From: a virus | Length of the DNA: 64,000 nt | IMG/VR virus record: IMGVR_UViG_3300050505_000309 | Span: 26,764-90,763 of that record | Reading direction: 5' to 3' (one strand) | Program-made: the position numbers and the translations under genes | In this document: in pieces, positions 1 to 8,823 of the stretch | How the letters are laid out: the number at the start of each line of letters is the position of its first letter | How positions within the stretch are numbered: position 1 is the stretch's first letter | Notes under the pieces: model-generated | The model's database searches: none | What the model was told of the DNA's origin: nothing | The model's input: the letters and a program-made list of their open reading frames with translations, nothing else

Positions 1-2
1 AG

Positions 3-728
3 ATTCTCCCCACCCTGATGCCGAAGCTCGAGCCCGAGCAGCTCCGGGACGAGTGGGTCAGCCTCGCGGTCGAGGAGGCCGACGCCGATCTTCGGAAGGA
101 GATCGTGACCACCGCGTTCGGCGACGATGCCGTCCGCGCGGTCCCGAGCATGGGGCGGCACGACTGGAACAGCGATGCCCGGGAGATGGGCCTCAAGCCG
201 ATCGACACCGCCCTGCTGCCGAAGGGCCTCCGGGACGCCGCCCAGGAGATTCTCCCGTCCTCGAGGGAGGCCGAGCTCCAGCGGCGCGAGACGGTCAACG
301 TCGCCTTCAACCTGGGCGCGGACAAGCAGGACCGGCAATCGGCCAAGGATCAGCCCCTCAAGGCGTTCATCGCCTGGCTCGCCGGCGAGTTGGTCGGCAT
401 GCCGGTCGACGTCCGCATCACCCCCGAGCTGATCATCCGGGGGCAGCTCGCCACGGCCGCATGGGCGGAGGGCGGGCGGCTAACCCTCAACGGCGCAGTC
501 CGCTCCGCATGGCAGGATCCCATGTCCGAGGGCTTCCTCGGCCTGCTCGTCCACGAGGTCGCCCACGAGAACGCCGGGCACCACGGTGATGACTTCCGCC
601 GAGAAGTCGAGCGCATGGCGGGCAAACTCGCCCGGTTCTGCCTGGATCGCGGGATCGAGGTCCGCTCCCGGTACGATGCCATGAAGGTCCTGATCGAGGA
701 GATCAAGGCCGGAGCCCCCGCGCGATGA
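3..728 (+). CDS. 5'-partial protein with C-terminal HExxH zinc-metallopeptidase-like motif
   Basis: Frame open to the window edge; LLVHEVAHENAGHHGDDF motif. Confidence 0.6.
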   Translation: MLPTLMPKLEPEQLRDEWVSLAVEEADADLRKEIVTTAFGDDAVRAVPSMGRHDWNSDAREMGLKPIDTALLPKGLRDAAQEILPSSREAELQRRETVNVAFNLGADKQDRQSAKDQPLKAFIAWLAGELVGMPVDVRITPELIIRGQLATAAWAEGGRLTLNGAVRSAWQDPMSEGFLGLLVHEVAHENAGHHGDDFRREVERMAGKLARFCLDRGIEVRSRYDAMKVLIEEIKAGAPAR

Positions 729-919
729 GCCACATCGCCAAGACGGACGAGCATCTCTACGTGTACTCGATGGGTAAGCGCTTCCGCGTCCTGGCCATCT
801 TCGACACGGACGACGAGGCGAACGCCTACTGCGCCAAGCATGACGCGGCCGCCGTGATCGCTTGCTTCGGTCCGATGGTCGTCGTCGCCAGCAAGTACCA
901 GGGAGAGGTCAAACCATGA
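725..919 (+). CDS. hypothetical protein (64 aa)
   Basis: ATGA overlap with upstream stop; coupled to next gene. Confidence 0.75.
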   Translation: MSHIAKTDEHLYVYSMGKRFRVLAIFDTDDEANAYCAKHDAAAVIACFGPMVVVASKYQGEVKP

Positions 920-1335
920 AAGCCCCCCGCCTCACCCAGGCCGAGCGTCACATCGCCGCCGCCTGCCTGGAGTTCGTCCTGGCTGGCGAGTGGCCCTTCG
1001 AGACCATCGCGCTTTCCGCCGCCTCGGCGGTCCGCGACAAGCTCCGGGGCTGGCCCCCGCTCGAGCGTGGCGAGCCGAGCGCCGCGCTCTCGATCGGGCC
1101 GTATCTCCAGTGCAAGCTCTGCCTCGAAGAGGTCTCCGAGATCGTGCAGCGCACCAAGCAGTCTCAGAGCCCCGCGCTCTACACCCGCTTCGACGTCGGC
1201 TTCACCCCGATTGGTCTCCAGGTATGGTGCCGTCGCCACGAGATCAACGTGGTGCACATCGACTTCGAGGGCATCGTGCACCCCGCGAATCTCAAGCCCG
1301 CCCCCGGCGACTTGACGAATCCGCAAAAGTGCTGA
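916..1335 (+). CDS. hypothetical protein, Cys/His-containing (CKLC...WCRRH)
   Basis: ATGA overlap at 916-919, SD GGAG upstream. Confidence 0.7.
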   Translation: MKAPRLTQAERHIAAACLEFVLAGEWPFETIALSAASAVRDKLRGWPPLERGEPSAALSIGPYLQCKLCLEEVSEIVQRTKQSQSPALYTRFDVGFTPIGLQVWCRRHEINVVHIDFEGIVHPANLKPAPGDLTNPQKC

Positions 1336-1348
1336 TAGGCTCCCGATC

Positions 1349-1492
1349 ATGAACACGCGGCCGCCGTCGAAGAGTTGTCCCGGCCACCATTTCGTCTACA
1401 ACGCGGACCGGACGTACAAGCAGTGCGTCCATTGCCCCGCCACCGTGCCCGGCCGCAAGCGCCGCCGGCCACCCCAGGAGCGCAAACGGTGA
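1349..1492 (+). CDS. small Zn-finger-like protein (47 aa; C..HH...CVHC)
   Basis: Translated by hand: MNTRPPSKSCPGHHFVYNADRTYKQCVHCPATV...; its stop overlaps the integrase GTG (GTGA). Confidence 0.55.
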   Translation: MNTRPPSKSCPGHHFVYNADRTYKQCVHCPATVPGRKRRRPPQERKR

Positions 1493-2736
1493 GCGACCTT
1501 CTCCCCGTCCACCCGATCACCCCCGCCGATGCCGCGCTGATCGACGCGTGGCTCTCGGACCGCGCGGGCGTGACGCGCGAGCCCATCACCGACGCGATCG
1601 TCTACAGCACCAGCACCAATCACCAGCCCACGCGGGACTGGACCGAGGAGACCTGTCGCATCGCCCGGATGAAGGTCGAGCATCTCGCCCAGCGGATCGC
1701 GGTCCCGCTCGTGCGGCTCGGGTTGACCGAGGGCGGCGGCTTCACGCCTGACTCCATCCGCACGCCGATCATCGCCTACGCCAAGGACTTCGAGCTGCGC
1801 AGCCGTCCCCGCATCGCGAAGATCATGAAGAAGCTCGGGCCGGAAGCCAGCCGCCTGCGCGGGCCGCTCGTGTGGCGCACGAAGGCGTGGTGGTATCAGG
1901 TCACCTACTGCCGGGAGTTCTACAACTGGCTCGAGCGGCGCGGCGCGCGCCCCCAGGGGAGCAATCCCTTCGTCGGCGTCAACCGGCCCGCCGTGGCCAC
2001 GATCAGCCGCTACCTCATCGTGGAGGAGTGGTTTCACCGCATCCTATCGGCCAAGTTGAGCCCGAAGGAGGAATGCATCCTGTTCCTTCTGGCCAACGGC
2101 CTCCGGTGCGACGAGATCGCCAAGCTGATGGTCGTCGACTTCTTCCCCGACCAGGGGGCCTCGGGCCTCATCCGCGTCGTGGGCAAGGGCAGCAAGATCC
2201 GCGAGATCCCACTCTACCGCCGCACGCGGTTGGCCATCGACCGCTACCTGCCCTGGCACGCCAAGACCTGGCCGCTGCGCCCGATGCTGTTCCCGCACAA
2301 GTTCCGGGCGAACCAGCACGCGCACATGCGCCCGCCCTCGATCCACGATCTCGTCCGGCGCGTCGCCACCCGCGTGATCCAGGATCCCGAGATCGTGCCG
2401 CGCATCACGCCTCATAAGTTCCGGCACTACTTCATCTCGGACTTCCTCCATCGGGGAGGCGGCCCGACCTATGTCCGCGCGCTCGTCGGACATCTCTCGC
2501 TCAAGACCACCGAGGGGTACATCCACGTGGATCCGCAGTGGCTCGCCAACGAGGTCCTGCGGATGGACCCCGACATCCCCCGAGAGGAGAAAGAACGTGT
2601 GCTCGCTGCGCATCCTCCTGCTCTGCTGCCTCCTCGCCCTGGAAGCTACCAACTCGAGCCCGCCCCCCGAGACGTACGACCTCTACGACTCCCACGGGAA
2701 TCGGACGGGGTCTATCAAGACGTCGCCGGATACTAA
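1489..2736 (+). CDS. tyrosine recombinase/integrase (XerC/D-like)
   Basis: Catalytic R (GLRCDEI), K (GKGSK), HxxR (HKFRH), H and Y (GHLSLKTTEGYIH); GTG start with AGGAG SD. Confidence 0.93.
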   Translation: MSDLLPVHPITPADAALIDAWLSDRAGVTREPITDAIVYSTSTNHQPTRDWTEETCRIARMKVEHLAQRIAVPLVRLGLTEGGGFTPDSIRTPIIAYAKDFELRSRPRIAKIMKKLGPEASRLRGPLVWRTKAWWYQVTYCREFYNWLERRGARPQGSNPFVGVNRPAVATISRYLIVEEWFHRILSAKLSPKEECILFLLANGLRCDEIAKLMVVDFFPDQGASGLIRVVGKGSKIREIPLYRRTRLAIDRYLPWHAKTWPLRPMLFPHKFRANQHAHMRPPSIHDLVRRVATRVIQDPEIVPRITPHKFRHYFISDFLHRGGGPTYVRALVGHLSLKTTEGYIHVDPQWLANEVLRMDPDIPREEKERVLAAHPPALLPPRPGSYQLEPAPRDVRPLRLPRESDGVYQDVAGY

Positions 2737-2875
2737 GTCCTTCGACATCTACGACAAGAACCAGAATCGCACCGGCGTCGGCAAGGAAGATCCGAACGGC
2801 AACATCGACCTGTACGACACGCACGGCAACAGGAAGGGAGTCGTCAAACCCAATGGACGCGGCCGCTCTCGCTGA
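2597..2875 (+). CDS. small secreted protein with three (Y/F/I)D(L/I)YDxxxNRxG repeats
   Basis: GAGGAG SD before GTG 2597; hydrophobic N-terminus LRILLLCCLLAL; three 12-aa repeats. Confidence 0.7.
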   Translation: MCSLRILLLCCLLALEATNSSPPPETYDLYDSHGNRTGSIKTSPDTKSFDIYDKNQNRTGVGKEDPNGNIDLYDTHGNRKGVVKPNGRGRSR

Positions 2876-3950
2876 CCTGCTGGAATTTCGCGAACGCACG
2901 CGCAGTCTCCCCGCTCCCCGCCCGACCACGTGGGACGGCATCATCGGCAACGCCCGCGCCGTCGAGCAGATTCGTGAAGCGATCCTCGCGGCCAAGAAGA
3001 TGAGCCGGCCGCTGCCTCACATGCTGTTCTTCGGTCCCCCCGGCACCGGGAAGACCACGATCGCGCAGATGGCCGCGCGCGACATGGGCGGCTTCCTCGT
3101 AACCACCACCGCGTCGACGCTTGAGACACCCGCCGATTTGGTCCGGGTGATCTGGCAGATGAACGACGGCTGCGAGCAGACGCGGACCGCATCGCTCGCC
3201 TTCATCGATGAGATCCACACGCTCGGCAAGTCCAACGGGAGGCAGGCGATCGACCAAGAGCAACTTTTTACGCTTTTGGAAGATTGGGTGATGTATCACA
3301 ATTTGATCGGCAAGCGCGTCGAGGACGAGAGGGGGCGGCGCTATATCCTCCGCGACAACAACACCGCCGCGCTCCCGTTCACGGCGATCGGGGCCACGAC
3401 CGAGCCAGGGCTTCTCAGCCAACCCTTGCTTCGACGGTTCCTGATCCACATCGAGCTCGATCCGTATACCGAGAACGAGATCGCGACGATCCTCGGTGGG
3501 TCCGCCCAGCGCCTCGGATGGACGATCACAGACGCGGCGGCGACCTGGCTCTCGCGCTTCGGACGTCGCAATCCGGGAACGGCGATGAGCCTGTTGACGG
3601 CCGCGAACTCGCGCGCCGTCGCGACAGACCGCCCCAACATCGACGAAGCCGTCGCCCAGGAAGTCACCGAGCGCCTCCGGCTCTATCCGCAGGGCCTCAC
3701 CGAGACGGACGTGCGCGTCCTGCGCCTGCTCTACGAACGGTCCCCCCGGGGCATCGGCCAAGCGGAAATCTGTCGCGCCCTCTCGATCTCGCAATCGCAA
3801 TTCACCGGGATGGTCGAGCCGTACCTGCGGCAACTCGACATGATGGAAACGCTGGCTCGGCGAGTCATCAAGCCCGCCGGAATCCGCTACCTCGCTCAGA
3901 TCGGCAAGCTCGACACGAGCCGCCCCGAAGTCCGCGCGGCCCTCGCATGA
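2853..3950 (+). CDS. ruvB: Holliday junction branch migration AAA+ ATPase RuvB-like
   Basis: RPTTWDGIIG N-terminus, Walker A GPPGTGKT, Walker B FIDEIH, PFTAIGATT, LLRRF arginine finger, C-terminal VEPYL winged helix. Confidence 0.9.
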   Translation: MDAAALADLLEFRERTRSLPAPRPTTWDGIIGNARAVEQIREAILAAKKMSRPLPHMLFFGPPGTGKTTIAQMAARDMGGFLVTTTASTLETPADLVRVIWQMNDGCEQTRTASLAFIDEIHTLGKSNGRQAIDQEQLFTLLEDWVMYHNLIGKRVEDERGRRYILRDNNTAALPFTAIGATTEPGLLSQPLLRRFLIHIELDPYTENEIATILGGSAQRLGWTITDAAATWLSRFGRRNPGTAMSLLTAANSRAVATDRPNIDEAVAQEVTERLRLYPQGLTETDVRVLRLLYERSPRGIGQAEICRALSISQSQFTGMVEPYLRQLDMMETLARRVIKPAGIRYLAQIGKLDTSRPEVRAALA

Positions 3951-4005
3951 GACCCGTGAGAAATGCCGCCGGAGTTCCCGATATCCACCGGAGAACACGC
4001 AGCGC

Positions 4006-4536
4006 ATGAAGGGCATCGGCGGACATCAATCAGCGCGCGCCCACCATCACGACTGGCTTACCCCGAAGCCGATCATCGACGCCCTCGGGCCATTCGATCT
4101 CGACCCCTGCGCCACCGTCGGCCAGCCGTGGCCGACCGCGCGGGTCCACTACACATGGCCCACGAGCGACGGCCTCATGCTCCCGTGGTCTGGGCGCGTG
4201 TGGCTCAATCCGCCCTACGGTCGTCATGCCGTGCGGTTCCTCGAGCGCATGGGCGCGCACCGCAACGGCATCGCGCTCCTCTTCGCCCGCACCGAGACCG
4301 AGATGTTCTTCCGCCACGTCTGGCCGTTTGCGATCGGGATGCTCTTCCTCCGTGGCCGACTGACGTTTCTCCGGCCGGACGGGACGGCGTCGCACCGGGT
4401 GAACGGATCGAACACCGCTGGCGGACCGTCCGTTCTCATTGCCTATGACGAGTTCAGCGACCATACCCTCCGGCACTGCAAGCTCGCTGGCGCGTACGCC
4501 CGCCCCGGGTGGGTTTGGGAAGAGGCTCACCGATGA
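4006..4536 (+). CDS. phage DNA N6-adenine methyltransferase (Dam_phage-type)
   Basis: DWLTP, FDLDPCA and VWLNPPYG motifs. Confidence 0.9.
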   Translation: MKGIGGHQSARAHHHDWLTPKPIIDALGPFDLDPCATVGQPWPTARVHYTWPTSDGLMLPWSGRVWLNPPYGRHAVRFLERMGAHRNGIALLFARTETEMFFRHVWPFAIGMLFLRGRLTFLRPDGTASHRVNGSNTAGGPSVLIAYDEFSDHTLRHCKLAGAYARPGWVWEEAHR

Positions 4537-4682
4537 CGGACGGTCAAACACTCGCAGGCTGGATCGCTGGTACGGTCCTCGTGCTCGGGCTCGTCGTCAC
4601 ATTCTGGCTGGATCACCGCGCGTGGCGCGCGCCCTCGGCCCGCGCCGGGCAGCGGCGGCACCTGTGGGGCCGTCGCAAATGA
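4533..4682 (+). CDS. small single-TM protein (49 aa)
   Basis: MTDGQTLAGWIAGTVLVLGLVVTFWL...; ATGA overlaps at both ends. Confidence 0.6.
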   Translation: MTDGQTLAGWIAGTVLVLGLVVTFWLDHRAWRAPSARAGQRRHLWGRRK

Positions 4683-4906
4683 CCCCCGTCGCCCGCTGGA
4701 TCCGCTGCACGATCCTTCACTCCTGGGCCTGGGTCCAGGACGACGACCCGGACTTGCTGGTCTACTGGAAGCACTGCCCCACGTGTGGCCGGCGCTGGTC
4801 GGCCCGGCCGACCCTGTATACGGTCGTGGAACTCCTGCTCCTGGGCGCGTTCCTTCTGCTGGCGTGGGCGTTTCTCGCGCAACTGGCGATGGGGCCAAAC
4901 GGATGA
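4679..4906 (+). CDS. small protein with CxxC and C-terminal TM helix (75 aa)
   Basis: KHCPTCGRRW then hydrophobic helix; coupled overlaps. Confidence 0.6.
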   Translation: MTPVARWIRCTILHSWAWVQDDDPDLLVYWKHCPTCGRRWSARPTLYTVVELLLLGAFLLLAWAFLAQLAMGPNG

Positions 4907-5049
4907 TGGACGACTGGTTGAAGTGGATTGTCCTGGGCCACTACGGGGAGTTGCCCGTGCTCGACGTGATCATGTTGACAGCCACCGGGTTGGCCGTGGT
5001 ACTCGTAGCCACCGCCTGTCGCTGGTGGCATCGGCGTCGGGGGACGTGA
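4903..5049 (+). CDS. small single-TM protein (48 aa)
   Basis: MMDDWLKWIVLG...VIMLTATGLAVVLVATAC; coupled overlaps. Confidence 0.6.
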   Translation: MMDDWLKWIVLGHYGELPVLDVIMLTATGLAVVLVATACRWWHRRRGT

Positions 5050-7073
5050 CCCTTACCCGCCGAGAGTTCGGCATGCTGGCCCTGGCCTTCGCGACCCTGG
5101 GGGCGGGCCACCGGAAAGGCAGCCCGATGGCCACCGCCGCCCCCGAAGCCCCCCGCGTGGTCCCCGATCCCACGATGCGTCCCTCGGGCAAGGTGACGAC
5201 CGTCACCCCGAGCACCTTGCAGGCCGCCCTGGACGCGCGCCAGCCCGGCGATGTGTTGCAGGGCGATCCCTCTGCCCCCTGGGTGGGGAACTGGCAAATC
5301 AACGGCCGCATCGACGGCCCGCGACCGATCCTGCGCTCCACGCGCGAGGACATCCCGCTGCGGTTTCTCACCACGGTCCCCGCGCCGGTATTCAGCGCGG
5401 CCCCGAGCTCAGGCGGGCTGCACTGGCACAACGTCGAGATCACGCTCGATCCCGCCGCCGACTACCGGGGCGGGCAGAGTCTCGTCGAGCTGGGTACCCG
5501 GCAAGACGGCGATGAGATCCCGCGCAGCTTCGGCTTCACCCACAGCCGCCTCTTCGGCAACCCGGGGCAGGACGTCCGCCGGGGGATCCTCACCAACTGC
5601 GCCGACTTCTTCTTCGTGGATGGCCGGATCCACGAAATCCACCAGCGCGGCAGCGATAGCCAGGCCATCTGTGGATTCAACTCCGGCCCCGGCCATCTCA
5701 TCCGCGACGCCTACCTCGAGGCCGCGAGCGAGAACGTCATGTACGGCGGCGCGGGCAACGCCAGCGCCCTCGCGAACCCCCGCGACATCACGATCGAGCG
5801 CGTCACCTTGTTCAAGGATCCAGCCTGGGGCGCGGGCACGTGGAACATTAAGAACCACCTGGAGTTCAAGAACGCCCAGCGGGTGCGCGTCCGCGGGCTG
5901 CATACCCTCAACTGCTGGGTCGATGGCCAGACCGGACGCTCGATCGTGTTCACCCCGCGCGACGTCGCCAGCAGCCCGTGGATCCGCGTGCAGGACATCG
6001 ACATGCAGGACATCTGGATCGAGGACGTGATGAGCGCCTTCGTCCTGCTCGGGAGCGACGACAACATGGAGGGCCTCCCGGAAGAGACCCACACCAGCCG
6101 CATCCGGATGGTCAACTGGCTCGCCCGCCTCAACCCCAACGGGAAGTGCTTCGAGCCCGTCGCCCATAGCTTCGATATCGAGATGGACCGCATGACCTTC
6201 GTCGGCCCCGTCGACCGCTCGACCCTCTATGCCACCGCCATCGTGGCCACCCGGAACGGCGTCGTCCTGACGCGCCTCAAGGCGACCAACAACATCTTCG
6301 CCCACGGCGGGTACGGCTGGACCGGCGCGAGCGGCGAGGGCAACACCATCAGCAAGCTCTTCGCCGAGACAACCTGGAGCGGCAATCTCGAGGTCGGCGC
6401 GGGCGCAGTCGCGATCAACGCCCCCGCGACCCTTCCCGGGCCGCTAGATGCGGTGGAGGATCCCACCACGATCTTCGTGGACTACGCGGGGCAGAACTAC
6501 CGCCTCAAGGCCGGAAGCCCCTGGGCCGGTCGCGGCTGCGACGTCGATGCCCTCGCCGCAGCCCTGACCGCCGGCTCCGCGCCCGCGCCCGTGCCGGTCC
6601 CCGCGCCGGTGCCGGTGCCCACCCCTACCCCCATCCCAACCACTGGAGGCGCTATGTACGCTCAATTCCTCGGAGTCTCGACGGTCAACGTCGCTGGTCC
6701 CTCGGCAGCTCCCGGGGCGGGCGGCGGCCCCGACTGGCAGATCGCCCTCACCGGCCTCAAGGCCGTGCCCGCGCGGATCCAGATCGACGGCCAGAACGGC
6801 ACCGGCACCTGGATCGGTCCCTCCAACGGGACGAATTGGGCGGCGGTCTGGCAGGGCGCGGACGTCAGCAAGCCGATCAACGTGTTCTTCGAGCAGTACG
6901 CGCCTGCGATCCAGCCCTTCACCGTGAAGGTTACCTACCCCGACGGCTCGGTCGAAACGGCCAACTCGAGCCCGAACGCCCCGCCGACTCCAGCTCCGGC
7001 CCCCGCTCCCGCCGGACAGTTCACTGACGAGGAAGTCGCGAAGCTCAAGAAGCTCCTGGCCCTGATGAAGTAG
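5046..7073 (+). CDS. right-handed parallel beta-helix (pectin-lyase-like) protein with twin-arginine signal
   Basis: GTG overlapping upstream stop; TRREFG plus hydrophobic h-region; DSQAI, ENVMYGG and KNHLEFKNAQRV beta-helix motifs; Pro-rich linkers. Confidence 0.8.
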   Translation: MTLTRREFGMLALAFATLGAGHRKGSPMATAAPEAPRVVPDPTMRPSGKVTTVTPSTLQAALDARQPGDVLQGDPSAPWVGNWQINGRIDGPRPILRSTREDIPLRFLTTVPAPVFSAAPSSGGLHWHNVEITLDPAADYRGGQSLVELGTRQDGDEIPRSFGFTHSRLFGNPGQDVRRGILTNCADFFFVDGRIHEIHQRGSDSQAICGFNSGPGHLIRDAYLEAASENVMYGGAGNASALANPRDITIERVTLFKDPAWGAGTWNIKNHLEFKNAQRVRVRGLHTLNCWVDGQTGRSIVFTPRDVASSPWIRVQDIDMQDIWIEDVMSAFVLLGSDDNMEGLPEETHTSRIRMVNWLARLNPNGKCFEPVAHSFDIEMDRMTFVGPVDRSTLYATAIVATRNGVVLTRLKATNNIFAHGGYGWTGASGEGNTISKLFAETTWSGNLEVGAGAVAINAPATLPGPLDAVEDPTTIFVDYAGQNYRLKAGSPWAGRGCDVDALAAALTAGSAPAPVPVPAPVPVPTPTPIPTTGGAMYAQFLGVSTVNVAGPSAAPGAGGGPDWQIALTGLKAVPARIQIDGQNGTGTWIGPSNGTNWAAVWQGADVSKPINVFFEQYAPAIQPFTVKVTYPDGSVETANSSPNAPPTPAPAPAPAGQFTDEEVAKLKKLLALMK

Positions 7074-7082
7074 GAGGCCGAC

Positions 7083-7280
7083 ATGACGTGGAAGAATTGG
7101 CTCATCTCGCTGTGGGTCGATCTCAAGGCGTGGTACTCCGGTGCGCCACCGCGTGAGTGCTTTTGCGGCTGCGGGAAGCCGGAAGTGAAGGTACGCATCC
7201 TGGTCGTCGGTGGACAGCGGTATGCGGACATCGACCGGAGTACCCCGCCGATCTGCGCCTCGAACAAGGAAGTCCGATGA
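7083..7280 (+). CDS. hypothetical protein (65 aa, CFCGCG motif)
   Basis: Strong SD AGGAGG; ATGA overlap with next gene. Confidence 0.7.
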   Translation: MTWKNWLISLWVDLKAWYSGAPPRECFCGCGKPEVKVRILVVGGQRYADIDRSTPPICASNKEVR

Positions 7281-8737
7281 CCACCGCCCCCGCCGCCCCC
7301 GCCTCCGTCTCCGCGTGCGACGGCAGCCTCCAGGGGCCGCGCACGGCGGTCTCAGCCAGCACCGTACAGGCCGCGATGAACGCGGCCGCCCCGGGCGACG
7401 TCCTCGTGGCCCCGCGCGGGACCACGCTCCCGCCACTCACCGTCCCGCCCGACAAGCGCGGCGCGTGGTGCGTGCTCATGACTGACGGCGAACCCAACCT
7501 CTCGCGGCCGGGCACCACGGTCACCGCCGACCAGGCGGTCGCGATGGTGAAGACGCCGGGCATCACCGCCACGGACGGAAGCGGCGGGTGGCGCTTCGTC
7601 GGCATCGAGGTCCCGCGCCCGCCGGTGCCCGATACCGTGTACGTGCTGATCAACCTCGCGCGCGGCTCGAGCCGCCTCCGCTTCGAGCGCTGCTACCCGC
7701 ACGGGACGGCGGGCCAGCCGCTCCGCCGGTCGATCGCGCTCAACAACGCGGACACCGCCGTCGTGGACAGCCTCAGTACCGAGAACCACGAGCCCGGGGC
7801 CGACGCGCAGGCGATCTGCGGATGGGATGGCCCCGGCCCCTTCCTCATCGACAACTGCGAGCTGTCCGCCTCGACCGAGAACATCCTGTTCGGCGGCAGC
7901 GATCCGAGTCTCGCGGGGCTAATCCCGTCGGACATCACGATCCGCCGCACCCGGCTGTCGAAGGATCCGGCGTGGGGCAATCTCTACCCCCAGAAGAACA
8001 AGCTTGAGTTCAAGAACGCGCGGCGCGTGCTGGTCGAGGACATGGATTTCGTCGCTGACGGCTGGCGCGGAGTCGGGATCGTGATCACGCCGCGCAACCA
8101 GGACGGCTCGGCCCCCTGGTGCGGGGTCACCGACCTGCTGATCCAGAACAGCCGCTTCCATGATCTGCTCGCCCTATTCAGCTTGCAGACGACCGACGAC
8201 GTGCATGCCAGCATGGCGTGCGCCCGCATCGCAATCCGCAACCTGCTCGGCCTGAACATCCAGCAGCGCGCGTTCTATTGGGGCAGCGGCGTGGCGGGGG
8301 CGATCCTCGACGACCTGGAGATCAGCCACGTGACCGCGCTACCCTGCCGCAACTCGCCGTTCTGGCCCGAGGGCGCGCTCGGCCGGCGACTCACGTTCAC
8401 TGACAATCTCTTCGGGGCTGGCTCCTACGCCGGTCAGGCGGTCGCCGCGCTCATCGCCGCCGCCGGGAGCGATGGCGTGCTCGCCCGCAACGTCCTCGTG
8501 GACGCGGGGGATGAAGATGGCGCAGGACCCGACCGCAACCAGGGCTTTACCGCCGCGCAGTTCAATTCCATTCACGATCCGACCGGCGTCGGCCTGGACC
8601 TGAGCACCGGCATCGGCCTGAGCCCCACGATCGGCTATCAGCCCACTCCGATCCCGACCCCGGCCCCGGCCCCACCATCGCCATTCACCGACGCCGAGGT
8701 CGCCACGCTGCGCAACCTCGCCGCACTGATCGAATGA
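7277..8737 (+). CDS. second parallel beta-helix protein (paralogue, no signal peptide)
   Basis: DAQAICGWDGPGP, ENILFGG, KNKLEFKNARRV and TPRNQDG align by eye with the 5046-7073 protein. Confidence 0.82.
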   Translation: MTTAPAAPASVSACDGSLQGPRTAVSASTVQAAMNAAAPGDVLVAPRGTTLPPLTVPPDKRGAWCVLMTDGEPNLSRPGTTVTADQAVAMVKTPGITATDGSGGWRFVGIEVPRPPVPDTVYVLINLARGSSRLRFERCYPHGTAGQPLRRSIALNNADTAVVDSLSTENHEPGADAQAICGWDGPGPFLIDNCELSASTENILFGGSDPSLAGLIPSDITIRRTRLSKDPAWGNLYPQKNKLEFKNARRVLVEDMDFVADGWRGVGIVITPRNQDGSAPWCGVTDLLIQNSRFHDLLALFSLQTTDDVHASMACARIAIRNLLGLNIQQRAFYWGSGVAGAILDDLEISHVTALPCRNSPFWPEGALGRRLTFTDNLFGAGSYAGQAVAALIAAAGSDGVLARNVLVDAGDEDGAGPDRNQGFTAAQFNSIHDPTGVGLDLSTGIGLSPTIGYQPTPIPTPAPAPPSPFTDAEVATLRNLAALIE

Positions 8738-8823
8738 TCGCCCGGTTCGCCCTCACCGTGGCCGGCGTCACCGTGGTGCTCTTCGTACTCGGCCTCTTCC
8801 TGCTCTCCCTCACCGAGCCATGA
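8734..8823 (+). CDS. tiny single-TM protein (29 aa)
   Basis: MIARFALTVAGVTVVLFVLGLFLLSLTEP; ATGA overlaps at both ends. Confidence 0.55.
   Translation: MIARFALTVAGVTVVLFVLGLFLLSLTEP

Noticed and set aside
2538-2852. N-terminal extension of the 470-aa RuvB ORF in the track
   Set aside because: Overlaps the recombinase and the secreted protein; the RuvB-like sequence begins at ATG 2853
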